Below are positions 38,468 to 52,718 of a DNA stretch of 64,000 nt, one piece after another. Below the pieces are notes generated by a model, which searched no databases, was not told the DNA's origin, and saw only the letters and a program-made list of their open reading frames with translations. Each line of letters opens with the position of its first letter. Positions within the stretch are counted from its first letter, which is position 1. The DNA is taken from the NCBI GenBank assembly GCA_023920165.1, contig CP089274.1:3534001-3598000 (forward strand), written 5' to 3'. The translations under genes and the position numbers were made by a program. This DNA comes from Curvularia clavata. Its lineage: Eukaryota.

Positions 38468-41400
38468 CTAGCCAGGTCGTCTGAATGCCTCCACGTTCAA
38501 CGTGGGCGTCTCCACCTGTCTGTTTGACGGCACGCCTTCATTCTTCCTCCTATCGAAGAAATTCTGGCACTCGTGGCTGATAAAGGTCCATTCGGCGAGA
38601 GCGCGTCCGGCATAGGTACTCGAGGTCACGGCAGCACCTATCGGTTGCTTGCTAGACACAGGTTCGATGTTGATACCCTTCTGCTGTAGAAGGATCTGTG
38701 CCGGAGCTGGGAGTCGCGGGGGTTGGAGTCGCATATGCTGGTATGCGCCAAAGCGCTTATCGACCCATTCAAGAGAGAAGCGGAAATGGTACGTTCGATG
38801 GGTGATTGGAGCCGGTGCTGGCGCTGGTGCTGGTGCTGGTGTTTCAGCAGTTGATTTAGCAGGAGAGGTTTCGTTTGACGTTTTGCTGGCGTTTTCCTTG
38901 TCTTTAGCGCCAGGTCCGGGACTCTTCGATTTCGAACTCTGCTTCGAGCTTCCTCCCATGAAGCTACGGAGAATGTTCCATTTGCCTTTGCCTGAATCCT
39001 CGTCGGGGGAATCGCTCGAGTCGGTTGACAGAGAAGGTGAAGGTCGGAGATCGGCCTCCGGAATAAGAGGAGGCGGAAGAGGGAGCTTTCGTTGGTTGGT
39101 GTTTTGAACTACACCGTCAAATGAGAGAAAAGGACCGCTGTTGGTCACAATAGGATTATCATTACGTATGATGAGGAATCGCCGGCCTGGTGCAGGGTTG
39201 CAAGCCTGCGTCGACGGGAAAATGGTTTGCTTGCGTTCAGCCTCTTCCTGAAGCCAGAGATAATGAGACCAGATTGACCGAAGACGGTCACTCAAAGCCC
39301 GTTTAATTGCGCTGTTGGTCTGTCAGTATATACCGTAGTGATTGAGCATCGCCTTGTACTCACACTTCGACCTCGGTCTCAATGCCGTCGAAACGAGCCA
39401 CTCGCCAGCAGATCAACCGCATGAAATAGGCGCGTACCATGGGGCACCAGTGATTAAACCGACTTTCGAAAAATTCGGGTTCCACCAAAAAGTCCAAGCA
39501 CAGCCCTTCTTTGCGTTGGTCATCCACGACCAGAGTGGGCCAACTACTGTAGAGAAAAGCATAAAGCTTGATCTCTGTAGCAGTGTTGTGACTGGCAGCC
39601 ATTGCTTTGAACGCCGCCAGCCAAAACGGCCAATCCATGACGGTATGATTACCATCTTGCTGCTCGTATCGAACCAGTATAACGAGTGCCTCTTCGAGAA
39701 AGTCGCAAAGGGTATGACAAGCATTATTATCGTAGATTGAGATTTTGCGTGTCTGTGCCTGGAGTAGCCGAGCGAAACTGTCGGCAAACATTTTCCTGGC
39801 GATACGAAGCTGGCTGTTTCGCTCGGAAAGAAAGTCACGTATTAACATTATGATTCGGTTTTCCTGCATCATGCGGGTAGCGTTTGCTGGTGGCATAGCC
39901 AGATTGGAGGCCGAAGCGTCAGGTTCCAAGACATCATCAAAGGTGATGGGTGCCGCCATCGACGTCGTGTCTTCGTGCTGCTGCTGCTGCTGCTGCTGTG
40001 GTACAGAATTCCTGTTAATAGTGGCATCCAAGTTAACCAAAAGCTGAGCATGCACCGCAATCAGTCCAGGCACGCAAATCCGTTCCGCATTCGTAGGCTC
40101 GGAGGGCAAAAACTCGCTGACAATTACATGGAAATGCTTGACAAAAACGTAGAAAAGGTCGCTCTCAGCGCCCGACCAGCGTTTTGTCCAGAGTCCATAC
40201 CAGTCGATGTTGGCCATGGCAAGCGGGGGCAGCGCAGGCTTGTGTAGTTGGCGCATGAGTCGGGTTAGGGAGAGCAGCTTCAGCGACTGAAGCGTAGGCG
40301 GGAAAGAGGCTACAACTCGCTCGGATACAGTATCGAGTCGATCCATTTTTGAAACGCCCGACTCCTCCATTACTCGCCTCATCATTTCGAGAGAGGGATT
40401 CCACAGACGAACCAGGACATCGGCAACTCCGGGACAGAAGCAGAAAGCATATGCGCACGTCTTTCCACAAAAAGTAACCAAGCTTGCTGCAGCATTGCGT
40501 AAAGACATCTTTTCTACAACAAAAGCCATTTGCGACTGCAAGTTTTGTGTGAAGATGTTACGAACGTTGTGGTGAACAGATTCTGCCAGAAAGTCGGACG
40601 AGCTGGAAGCAGCCGAACTAGTCGTCGATGCAGAAAGCGGCTCCTCACGGTCTGCAAGGGCACAGAAAGGAGATGGATAGAGTCTCCACTCAGGCCTCTC
40701 CATGATTGCCGCGATACCTTCTAGGATAACCGGGCGGTCGGTGCCAGAAATCGACTGATTGTTTCGTCCTGCCACGAGTTCCAAAAGGCCAGTCCACCAA
40801 CCATTGAGAATGTTCACACGGCGATCGAGATCTTCGGGCCGGAGCTTCTGGTTCGAAGGGTGCTGGGCGTGTTGGCGGAGGAATGGGAGGAGGGCGGTAC
40901 GAACGACGTTTGCTTTGAGAGAACTGGATTTGGACTGGAACCTGTGTTTTGTTAGCTTGGAACGTGGTGGTCAAAGCAGAAAGTCGTACTTGCGCAGATC
41001 CCCATCGAGGGTTCTGAATGCGTTCCATAGCTCATCTTTTTTGCGGGGCTCTGTCTTGATAGTTTTCAACTTTTCTGCAGAAATGGTGGGTGGCAGTGGA
41101 GGAACAACGTGGGTGGGGCTGACTGGAGTCTGGTGTTGGGGGTAGCTGGGCAGCTGCTCTGTCGAGAATGATTTGGGCAGTGGAGGCACGTTGGAGGTAC
41201 TGGGAGTCGCAGTGAAAAGGCCGCTTAGGCGCTTGTTTTTCTTGCTCAAGGCGGGCGGCTGGATTTCGTCGTGCACCGTATCTCTTGCTTCGGACTCTTC
41301 GGGAATGCTTTCAGTACTGGTCTGCGTTTTTTGCTTGGCTGGATCAGCGGCTGACTGAGATTTCTTCTTGAGTTTCTTCTCCTTTCCCGGCGGTGTCGAA

Positions 41401-41924
41401 TCTCGCGGCTGTTGCTGGCCGATGACCCAGGACTTTCTCCGCAGGGTCAAAGAACGCGAAGGCGAGCCCGAGGGAGAATCCGACTTCTTGACATTCTCTG
41501 TTCGGCCACGTTCTGGCTTGGGTTCGGCTGACGGGTCGCGGCTCCTGCTGGAGAAGGGAAGAAACCTCGAGGAGCGGCGGGAAGCGGGAGTAGGTCTCAG
41601 CTGGGGCATGTGCACGTCAGGCAACTCTGGAGCTTCTTCTGAAGAGGGGCTCGACCCGTCCGAGTGACTCTCGGAGGTCCTCTCCTCGCTTCTGGCACGA
41701 TCGGCATCATCTTCGGAGGTACCTCTTCGCTCGACGACGGGCGCACCCTGATCCAAATCCTTGACCTGAGGAAAGTATGTGTACGAGGCGGCCTTGGGGA
41801 GTTGAGCGCGCTCAGGCTCTTGGGGAAGCGGGAGGGCGGCGTCAGAGGTGGCCCTGTTCCTGCCGCGGAAGGCGTTTGCAAGAGAGTAATGGCTGCGAGG
41901 AGCCGGTGCTACAGCGATGGGCAT
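38468..41924 (-). CDS. DUF1765-type conserved fungal protein
   Basis: Three exons (introns 40942-40989 and about 39313-39363). KKDELW..FR.LD, WWTGLL, FNHWCPMVRAYFMRL and YAGRALAEW...FF.RR..EGVP motifs. Confidence 0.82.
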
Positions 41925-43966
41925 GGCGGGAGGAGGCGAGGGAAGACGAAGAGGTGGCTAGGCAGCCCTTGTTGAACAAGACTCGATGTGCGATTTGGAG
42001 AACCTATGGGTTCATGGCGGAGGAGGCGGACGAGCAGCGGCGTGGTTGCTGGCAGGCGGGCGGTTGGCAGGGCTATGTGCGGATAAGGTCAATGAATTGC
42101 GCAAGCGACGTCACAGCGAGCGAGGCTGAGACGGCAGGAAACGGGCGAGGGCGTGCAAAGCGAAGGAGAAGAGAATCCAGACGAGGGAGCGTCGAGGTGA
42201 GTTGAGAACAGATCAGTAGCGACGGGCGTGGGTTTGGGTTTGGGGACTATGGTCCAAGCTGGGCGAGGTGCTGGTGCGGTGCTGGTGCTGGTGCTGGTGC
42301 AGTATGTACTGGGGGTTTAGTTGAGCCATTACTTTGGCGGTGCTGCGCGCGGGTGGATTGGCGCTAGCAGGGATGCTGGGCAGATCGCGTCGGAGCGAGT
42401 GTGAGGCTTCTATATTAAAAACGGGCGCATTTCTCGTGTCATCTGCCATTCGTCTACTGACGCGCCGTCGCCGTTTCTGCTAGTCGCACATCCAAAAGAG
42501 CGTTGCGGCGTCGCCTCTAGCTTCACCTACTACATTCCCAGTACATGTATCGGCTGCTGCCCCTGCCCGGCCATGGCCTGCCCTGCCCGGCCAGCTCCCG
42601 CGCCATTCGTCCTGACAGCCGCCCTTCGCCTCGACGCCTTTCCCGCATCGCCGCTCCATACGTGCTAGATAGATAATACATACCCACCCATGCTGCAGAA
42701 TAGCAGCACCAGCATTATAGCCATGGTCACAGTGTTGGGCGTGCCAGTGCGCTCCCCCCCCCTTACAGCCAGTGGGGCCCGCCGAACCAACTTGTTTTTT
42801 CGCGACGTGAACAGTGAACACTGCAATCTCTGCCTTGGCTTGACCGCAATCTCCTTGGCCACTCCCTGACACTTTGGCCATGGCCCCCCACCCACTTATC
42901 GCCTTGTTTCAGTCCATCGACGTTGTTGCGTCAGCCTCCCTGTCCGTCGCACTCACACTGACGGCTTTCGTCGCCCATGCTAACTAGTCCGCTGAAAAAC
43001 TTCATAGCCGCTCCATGGTCCGCTAGTCGCACAAGATGCATTGGAACCTCGTCCTTCAGACCCATCTGCTCCTCCGACTTTCCGAACTAGCCACTGCGCT
43101 CGGAAAACGGATCCTGCCACACAGCCAGACAACGCCCAGTGCAGCGCCAGGCTTATCGCATGGTCCGCGGTTTGCTATCACTCATTAGGACATGCACATG
43201 TAATGCAGTAGATCACGACGCCCTGCGCTACCGCAAAGCGTGTATCGAGTCAGCGACCGTGGTTGGCTTGCATCCAATCTACCTGTCGTAGGCGCATGTT
43301 GACCAAAACAACAATAATTCACTACAGCTGCTAGCCTCTTGTCTACCGTGCACCCTGCTGAGCTCATCACTCAGTCCTACGTAGCCCGGCATCCAAAAAG
43401 CAATCCACGGCGGCGGCGGCTGCTGCTATTGCCGAAAACCCACTCCCCGCCAGGCTCTCCGCGTCCTGCATGCCGCCTATCCAACAAACTTGCTTCTCCT
43501 CCTGCGAGGCCTCGTCATGCTTCACTGTGCATACACATAAAAAGTACTGCCCTTCATACCCAAAGCGGCACTCGACGTCGTCTGTGCTGACCTTTATCGC
43601 GGGATATTTAACACCATGAGCGTGTAGATCAATGGCGGTCATCGAGGGCGGAAAACGGTGGCCGGTCAATTCGTCCGCAGTGGTTCCCCGACCATGCACG
43701 TACAGCAAATATGCTCAAGCTCCCCGTTGTGCAACATGTATACTAGACTGATCATGCCACTTTACCCTGAAACAAGTCGACAATGTCCAATATTAACTGT
43801 ACGTTAGCCCATCACACCAGTATTGCCCATGTTCAGCCGGATACTACGTCACGTGATGCACGGGTGCCCAGACAATCCATCTCATGCTTCGACGTTTGTT
43901 GCCCAGTGATATTGACACAGTCGCTAGTATTTTAATACATGTGGTCCGTCATCCAGCAACCTGCAC

Positions 43967-44458
43967 CTAGTGGGTGGCGCCAGCAGTGGTAATGCTCTCA
44001 TCCTCCTCCTCAAACCAGTCTTCCTGGGGCAGAACCTCACCACCCTCTGCCGAAGCACCCTCAACCTCAACAGCCTGTGTCTCGTATGCCTTGAGCTCGC
44101 TCGCAATGTCCGTCTCCTCGGGGGATGCGGGGGCCTTGGGAACGGCGAACTTCTTAACGTGGCCCTCGGCGTCAGAGGCCTTGACTTGCGGGACCTTGTA
44201 GTTCTTGAGCTCGCGGAGGTACATGTCCTGTACCAGGTCGGCTGCGGCACCAATTGGGTCAGTATGATCGGATTTTCGAGTGATTAGGATGAATCACCTG
44301 ATCGGACGGCGGTGGGGGTGATGAAGGTGCGGCGAGCGACGTAGGCAGATTGCTGCCGGGCGACGCGGACGAGCGCCTGGCGCTGCGGCTGGTCAGTACG
44401 TATCCGGCTTCCACCAGCAAAGAGAGCGTACCGAGGCCCTGATGGATTGCGCAATCAT
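43967..44458 (-). CDS. ATP14: Mitochondrial ATP synthase subunit H
   Basis: Three exons. Presequence followed by DLVQDMYLRELKNYK, and an acidic EDWFEEE tail. Confidence 0.92.
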
Positions 44459-44796
44459 GGTGTTGATGTGTCGGGGGTGGGGAGCTGGCAATTGGAAGCT
44501 ACAAGGTGAAGGTCGATGTTGGGGAAAAACCGTGGACTGCAGCTTGAGCAGCCGCCCAAGACGGCTTAGCGCGGGCTCTGCCTGCCAAGAGCCGCAACCG
44601 GCTGCCTACTGTCTCAAGCCATAAGGTTTCCCTTTGCCGCTCCCCAACCTTCGCTCCTCAACCTTCGCTCTCACCTGCCAACCACACTCGCTCACCCTGC
44701 GCACTTGCCCAGAAGCAGCCTTCAAGTGTCGGTCTCGCGAGCGCCATAGCTAGAACACACAAATACAAGCCCTTGAACTGATCGCCCTTGCTGAAC

Positions 44797-45957
44797 ATGT
44801 CGTACGCACCGGATGGTCGCCTCTTGTCGCCTGGAGAGGTCTACGAGGCGGCGCCAGTGCCGGTCAAAGAGGAAGAGTGGCAGGAAGATTTGAATGTCGC
44901 CTTAATCTGCCCAGACTGCAAAGAGAACCCGCCAAATCTGGTAGAGGAATTCAGCGCCGGCGATACCATCTGTGGTTCTTGTGGTCGCGTCCTCGCAGAC
45001 AGGATCATCGACACCCGCTCGGAATGGAGAACCTTCTCCAACGACGGCAAGTGGCGCCCTCAATAGGTAATCGCGAGTTGCATGCTGACTCACATCTTGC
45101 TTTTAGACCAAGGTAACGATGACCCATCGCGTATTGGTGACGCCGCCAATCCTCTTCTGCACGGCTCCCAGCTCCAGACTGAAATCGGCTTCGGTGACGG
45201 CGGTATGAGAGTGCGCGATCTCTCTAGGGCTCACAACAAGAGCAACCACGACAAAGTCAATAAGGCGCTCCAGGCTGCCTACGGGCAGATCACGGCGCTC
45301 TGCGACAGTCAGAACATCAGCAGACCGACGGCAGAGACGGCAAAGATGCTTTACAAAATGACGGACGACGCCAAGCTGTTCAAGGGAAAATCGCAGGACG
45401 CCATCATCGCCGGCTGTATCTTTATAGCATGCCGAAAGCACGACCAGCAACGAAGTTTCCGCGAAATCTTCAAGATGACAAACGTCTCTAAGAAGGAAGT
45501 CGGACGCACGTTCAAGGTCCTGGAAGCCTTTATCCAGAAGTCTCAGAACAGCGGCCCAACGGTCGCCGGCAACGGTGCAGTCATCGATACTGTCAATCTT
45601 CTCAACCAAAAGGGCGGCACCACGGCTACCAGTGCTGCCAGCCTTATGCCTCGTGCCTGCGCCAAGCTGGCCTTGGGCACCCAAATCCAAATGGTGGCCG
45701 AAGAGTGCGCTGACCAGGTCGCTCACTATGGCGTGGCAGCCGGACGCTCTCCTCTCTCTATTGCTGGTGCTTGTCTTTACCTGGTTTCACACCTCATGGG
45801 CCAGCCCAAGTCACCTAAGGAGATTGGTCTTGCAGTCGAAGTGAGCGACGGGACAATTCGTACGGCCTATAAGCTTATGCATATGGAGCAAGACAAGATC
45901 ATCAAAAAAGAGTGGATTGCAAAGGGTGGCGACCGCTCCAGGATCCCAGCGGCCTAA
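44797..45957 (+). CDS. SUA7: General transcription factor TFIIB
   Basis: Zn ribbon CPDC...[28 protein letters not shown], and two cyclin-fold repeats ([22 protein letters not shown]). GC-AG intron at 45047-45106. Confidence 0.96.
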
Positions 45958-46818
45958 TTTTCATCTCATTACAGCGACGGTGTTTGGGGCTTCAACGTTT
46001 GTATGAGTTTGTTTTTACTTTTTTGTTTGGCTCAAACTTCTAAATTCGATTGTTTTCTTTCAATCTCACACATGCGCAGAGGCAGAGTTTTATCTGTGTT
46101 TTAGACATTATTTTCCTTTTCGGTTTTCGGGTTTTCTTTTCTCGGACATTTTTAGTTTCTTGTCACTTTGGAAAGCATCTCACATGGAAAAATTCACATG
46201 CAAGGAAAAAAGGGCAGATTGCAAATGGCAATGAAAAGATGCAGATATGATACCCGATAGATTGGCAAACAGGGGAGGATCAAGCAGGCAGCAAAGGAAG
46301 GGACAACTGCAGGGGCCGTTTGTGTACGGGTAGGGGAATGTAATGCAAGCGGAATACCAATATAAAAAGCCGATGTGATGTTTTTTTTTTGTGTACTGCT
46401 ATGTGTGACGGCTAACATCTATTATGTTTTTCTATCCCCTTACCGAGACGGGCTTCTTAGAGAATACAGTGGAATGTGCCCGTTGAGTTGTTTGCAAGAT
46501 GAATTGTTCTCTGGAATCCTTGTCACGATTATCATTAGAAGCCCAATATCTCCTCACTCAACTATGTTCTTTTTTTTGACGTCACCCTACATCACACTCG
46601 GAGCCCAGCACTTGCACCAATGCATATATCTCATTCCAGTACATGTCTAATCATATGCCTTGATTGTCTCTCTACTCTATAAAAGCCGAGCAAACTCCAA
46701 AATCCCCATTAACAAAGCATCATGGTATCACATCAACAGAAGCCCTCAGCAAGATATCTGCTTAGAATGCACATCAAACTTAAATCCCGTCCCCATTCTC
46801 TACTTTTCGACACAATTT

Positions 46819-47910
46819 TCAAGTCTCCAACATCCGCCCCCTCATCCACTCTCCAAACCCCCCCTCAGCCACACTCTTACTAAACGCCACCCAAAATGCC
46901 TGTTTCTCACTCACAGGCCTCGCACATCTCTCCACCAGCGCCCTCACCTTAATATCCCTCAGCCCCTTAATCGCCATAACCTGCTCTGCCCACTCAAGAT
47001 CCACACCACCACAGTCGCCCGTTCCGCCCAACCACTCGTTCTTCATACGTAACATGGTATCAAAGTCGGCCGGGCTCATGGGGGTAAGAGAGTCCCATGC
47101 GAGATCGGGTTTGCCCGCGATGAGTTGGAGGTTGAGCGTGCTGAGGTGCATGGTCGGGGTGTTATCGTCTTCTTTGTTAGAAGGGGAGGTCGCAGAGGCG
47201 AGATAGGCACACATGTCAGCCCATTCTGCGCGGTCGAATTCTTTTGCGTAAGGAAGCGCTTTCTTTGTCACGCTGATGTGTCGGATGGAGGAACGGCTTC
47301 GCGGTGTCAAGTCCGAAAGAAAAGGCACAATGGCTTCGACGCTCATGTGGAAGCTGAATGTGTAGGTTGAGTAGAGCACTTTGCTGGCCTCGGCGTGGAG
47401 TTGGGAGCTGACGCTCATGAGCGAGGGGATGGTGTAGCGGAGATGCGCAGTGTAGGGCGAGAGGAGGACGCGGTAGGTTGTTGGTGCTGTGGTTGTAAGA
47501 AATGGACCTTGTTAAAGTTAGCAGAGTCCCTTCCATCTGACGGAGTATCGAGAGGTATCCGGGTTCGATGCCGTACGTTTCAAACTCCCACAACACAGTC
47601 GAGCGGTCGGAGAATCAGACTTACCAGTCCTGACATGGTAGGTACTCCTTTTCCTCCATGTCTTTAGGCTCTGGCCTCCTAACCATGGATCGATTGTGCG
47701 TACGCTGAGCGTAAATGGGTCATCGTTCGTGTCCTTGGAGTAGTATGTATGGAAATCGGGTATCAAGTTCGCGACCGACGTTGGGCGTCCAGAGCATGGG
47801 GTCGTGGAGGGTAACAGGAGGTATTCGTAGATCATAAGACGTATCTCAAAGGGCAGACGGAGAAGAGATGAGGTTTGAGCACCCTCAGACATCATTGGTG
47901 TCGTACTCAT
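46819..47910 (-). CDS. Hypothetical protein with F-box-like N-terminal motif
   Basis: SSLLRLPFEIRLMIYEYLL; intron 47508-47624 joins in frame to LMSVSSQLHAEASKVLYSTYTFSF. Confidence 0.75.
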
Positions 47911-49676
47911 AGCAAAGGCTTTTTGAGCTGAGGCTGGACGTTGGACGCGATTCACACGATCGAAACGACGTGGATGCCGCGGAGTATGTCGGATTTCGTC
48001 TACCAGAATGAACTCCCTTTGACAAGTACAACTATTGGGCGTCTCGAAGCCTTTGAGGTCGTTCAACCAGCAATGCTTCCTCGACTGTGACGTGGCTCGA
48101 GTGTTGTGAAGTTCTCAGAAGCCACAGCCAGCTGAGCAAAAAGCCACTACGTAAAGATCTCGATGAACAAAGAAAAACGCAAGAAATGGAGGCACAAAGT
48201 AAAAAGGGCCGTGGATTTGTTCTTAGTCTGACCAACCATCAAGGTATTGCGCCATTGATCTCTTTATCGCCAACGGGCATAGGATTACTGAAAAACACAC
48301 ACTCGGGCAACTACCATGTTGACCAGGATATGCTTTGGCCGAGGATGCCTTACCATTCTTGGTAAAGACCGCTCGAGAAGCCAAACTCGATCCAGTATGG
48401 TGGCGGATCTGAAATGCAGTCGCTTGCCGATTAACTGTCGAAGGGGGTAACATGCCGGAAACGTTATCGATAACCTGGAAAGCGGTGAGAGAGAAAAAAG
48501 TCCAAGTCATTACCGCTGTCAATTGCGTGTCAGACCGAGATTGACTTAACGATCAGTAATCTGACATGTGGTCTTTGTCGGCCTGACATCAGTTTTTTGT
48601 GGCTGAGACTAGCAGCCAGTATTGCTGTTTTGTCGGAGAACCTTCGGTAAGGATTATGAAAGACTTTGCCTTTATGACGCTATTGAGGCTCGCGCCGACC
48701 AAGGCCACTATCGGATAGGGCGTGATGGCGTGCAAATCATATCGCTTGCATACCGAAACAAGTGCGATTGTTTGCATGCGACGTATCGGCCCTTTCAATC
48801 AAGACTCGGGAGACATACCCTGGCCGGCGTGCAGTTTTGTCGTAGCGTGGCCATGACCACACCACAGAATGGCCAGAGCATCACGAGAAATCACATCCGT
48901 ATCGGAGCCGTAATGCTTACACAGCATTTGCATCGGTATTGCATTGATAGAAGAAGCGACTGTTCAGTGAGGCGCTTGACGGATTCATCAGCCTCTCAAC
49001 CCGAATAGGTACGTACCTGCATTTCAAACGTCATTGGTACAAGGATGCCAGGCGGATCTGAAATCTGTTCATCAGCGTTATCGCAAACCAGCGGGTCTGA
49101 ATCTGAATCTTCACAACGGCTTGCACAATTACGCAATTTCCCCACAGCATGAACGACAACAGCAATGCAAGTTTGTGCCATGTTCAATGATATCATTGCT
49201 TGGCTGTAGCAGCTTCATTCACGCTCCATTGAGAGCCATCCTAATCTCCAGCGGTGCTCTTTGTTTCCCCCAAACCTTGAGCTATACCCTAATACAATTT
49301 TCTCTCAAAGGGCCAGAGAAGAAAACTCGAGTAAAAGCAGAAAACCAGACAAAAAACATCTTTTTGAGTTTATCCCTCCCTTGCGGATATAAACGCCTCG
49401 CGACTGAGCACGTAAAAGTTAACCAAGTGACCCGTGAAAAGAGAGGATGCAAGAGGAGAGGAACAAGAAAACGAGATTGTCATAATACAAAATCTGAGGC
49501 CTTATCAAGCGTATCAAAGAAACATGCTTTTCCGTGCCATCAGCCAACGCAAAACAAACGGGAGAAGAGAGAAATTGGTCATTGGCCATACTCATTCGTC
49601 ATCATGATAGGACTTGACCGCGTCCCCTTAACCACGCATCCTCTGCTCCCAATTATGATTATGTGAGAGACAACAT

Positions 49677-52600
49677 CTAGTGCTGCCCGTAATTTCCGCC
49701 CCAACCTCCGCGGTTGTAGCTGTTGCCGTAGGCTCCGAATCCACCATAGTTGCCATAGCCGCTCTGTTGGTGGCTTCCAGAGGTTTGATGGCCGAGGCCA
49801 CCCAGGCCACCGTAACCGCTGTTGCCAAGGTGACTTGGATAGCCGCCGTAGCCTTGTTGAGCGTGTTGAGGTCCGCCTTGTCCAGGAGTGCTCTGGTTAG
49901 CCGAGCCAGGACGTCCAGGCTGGGCTCCAAGAGTAGAAGGGCTTGGTCCTCCGCTCTTGTAGTCGCCGGAAGGCTTGAGGGCATCGTCACCAATGCCTTG
50001 TCCACTCTGCTGGCCGTAAGAGTTCTGGTGGAAGTTTCCTGGTCGAGTAAAGGTATCAGGAATGGCGCCAAATCCAGCGGCTCCAGCAGTCGCACTAGGG
50101 TTCTGCGATGCGGTCGAAGCTGAACGACCATAGTCACCAAACCCTCCAGCTCCGCCACTGCCACGGTCGTGCAAAGAGGATGCGCCAAAGCCGCCAGCAT
50201 TAGCTGGGGAGGACGAGTGCTGGTCGAAAGAGGCCTGAGGAGACATGCCATAATGGTGGGGCTGACCATACATGCCCTTTCCGAAGGATCCATAGCCGGC
50301 GGCTCCTTGTCCGTAACCTCCGAATTGGTTCATGTAGTTGGCATAGTAAGGGCTGCCATAGTAGGGATGGTTGTAGGGATAACCAGCGCCGTGACCATGC
50401 TGAGCGTGCTGGCCTTGCGCACCATGTCCCTGGCCAGCCATAGCTGCTGGGTTAGGGGTGTTGTGTCCGCTGTTTTGGGCGTCACCGTATCGGCTCTGAG
50501 ACTGTTTTTGCTTGTTAATACACTGTAGAAGACGGTTGTGGAGTTCTAGCTCAGCTGCTGTCCTTACTCGGTCTGATTCCTCTGCCATCTCCGCCCAGAG
50601 CATCTCATTCATATGAGAAGCATCAGATTGGTCGGCATAACGATCGGCCACGAGTTTGGCAAGCTTGCTCTGAGTTGAGGAGGTTTCACTTACTTGCGGG
50701 AGCTGACTCTGGCCATAAGCAGAGTCGGTAGGTCCAGAACCGAAGGCGCTGCCAGTACGTTGCTGTGCAGATCCAGCTTCTTGCTGGGTTTGGGCAATTG
50801 GCTGACCATAACTGCCATAATAGTTCTGGTATTGAGCGCGCTGCTCAGCTGTGAGATACGAGGGGTAGTTGTCTGGGGCAGACGAAAAAGCACCAGGCTG
50901 GGATGGTGCCTGGCTCTGCTGAGCAGTGTAATCGTAGCCGGGGGTCTGCGAGTGGTTTGATTGCGGGATCTGCTGGCCGAACGGGTCGTAGGGCTTCTGT
51001 GGAGGGGCAGCGGCCTCCGATTGGGCACCTGGCTGACCGTATCTGGCAAACTGGTTGTAGGGTTGGTTCGATTGAGAACCCTGGTTCTGCATCGCTTGTG
51101 ATGCAAGTGGGTTCGAGGGCGACTGTGGCAGAGTCGGCTGGTTCTGAGGAGCCGGGGGGAGTCCTGGGGCCTGCTTGGGGGTAGGAACGGATTCCTGAGG
51201 CTGGGTCTCTGCCTGTGGCGGCGCCTGGCGTGGAGCCGGGGGAAGAGAGGCTCTAGGCTGTGCAACAGGCGAATGCTGTGGGGGCTGGGTCCTGGTTTCT
51301 GCCTCCTCCCTATCCTCATCAACGTCTGGGTCAGGTCCATCACCCAAGCCCATGCTACCAAACTGGACGGCCGCCCTGTCCACAGCATGGTTTCCGGGCA
51401 TAACAACTGCCTCCTGTTGCTCCACCAACCTCCTCTGGAAGCTCGCGCTTCGGTGCGGGGCTCCTGAAGTTGCCTTCATCGCGGTCGTCTGGTATCCTCC
51501 GACAGCGGGACGGCCAATGGGCGCTTGTGTAGGTCCATTCAGGGGGGTAGCAACAGCGCTTCCAATATCCTTTGAGCTTGCGACAGTGCTGAAAGCTGTC
51601 TCTGTGGGTGGTGGGTGCGATTCGTCAGGAAGATGCTCGACATTCTCCTGTGTCAATTGGTCTCCAGACGGCGGGAGGGTGATGTCGGGGGTAGCTACCT
51701 CTATGACCTTGTCTGGCGTCTTCTTGGGCGTTTCTTCAGCAGCGGGTGGTGGCGTCGTCTTGGTATCCTTGTCTGCAACGGGGGGTGTAGGTTGTTCTTC
51801 ATTCTGCACAGCTGGATCCTGTGGAACATCATTTGCAGGCGTTGCTTCGGGTGCTTGCGGAGGCGCTTCAGGAGCAGCAGCGGGGGTAGGTTTCGGAGCT
51901 GCCTTGGGTACCGCGGGTGCGGGTTTGGGTGCAGCAAACATACTGGCCCAAGTCTTCTTTGCGACTGTAATGCCAGCCTCGACGACGGGTTTGATGACTT
52001 CTGGGGTACTTTCGGGCGCCTGCGCGGTCGTCTCGTCATGTTTGGCCTCGCCGGGCTCTTCTCCAATGGCAGGTGTGTCCCACGCAGTGGACTCGTTCGT
52101 CGGGACTGATCCAGCAGCCGTGCGAGGCCCAGCCGCAGCCCCGCCACGGCCACCTCGAATGCCACCACGACCACGATCGGTACCTCTTCCACCACGGCCT
52201 CCGCGACCACTATCAGCACCGCGGCGGGCGCCATCAGACCGACCACGCAGACTGGAAGTACCATCGGCAGGGATGACACCCTCTTTCGCCTTGGAGCGGG
52301 ACCTGTCCTTTGCCTTCTTAGGGACTTCTGAGAATTGAGAAACGGCGCCTGTACAATGTCAGTGAACGAAGAGAGGCTGTGATTGTGCAGCGTGCTGTCG
52401 GCGGGCGCAGTGCACGGGCGTAGGACGAGGGCACTCACCCTCGCTGATCTTCTCAATAGTGGTTTGCAGGTCTCCATCAGATTCTTCGATTGCGAGCACT
52501 AGGTCGGCATCGGTCCACTCAGGGAACAATTCCTTGAGTGTGGGTAACTGTGACTGGTAGCGCTTCTTGAGCTCTCCCAGCTCGCCGTGGTCTGCTGATG

Positions 52601-52718
52601 TGTCCATTGTGGATGCGCTGTCGCCGTTTGTTTTCCTTGGGCCTCGAGAGCCGTATGATGCCCTGCCGCCGCGGGCAGAGCTCCTGCCTCGCGCAGGCCG
52701 AGATGTGGTTTCAGACAT
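49677..52718 (-). CDS. DEF1: RNA polymerase II degradation factor Def1 (CUE domain, RGG, Q/G-rich prion-like tail)
   Basis: CUE-like LKELFPEWTDADLVLAIEESDGDL, intron 52349-52438, RGG repeats, KKTWAS, EQQEAVVMPGN and QFGSMGL motifs. Confidence 0.85.

Noticed and set aside
51352..52338. 328-aa plus-strand ORF and other ORFs overlapping DEF1, VPS35 and POL1
   Set aside because: Antisense or alternate-frame shadows of well-supported genes; many use non-ATG starts that are not appropriate for a fungus.
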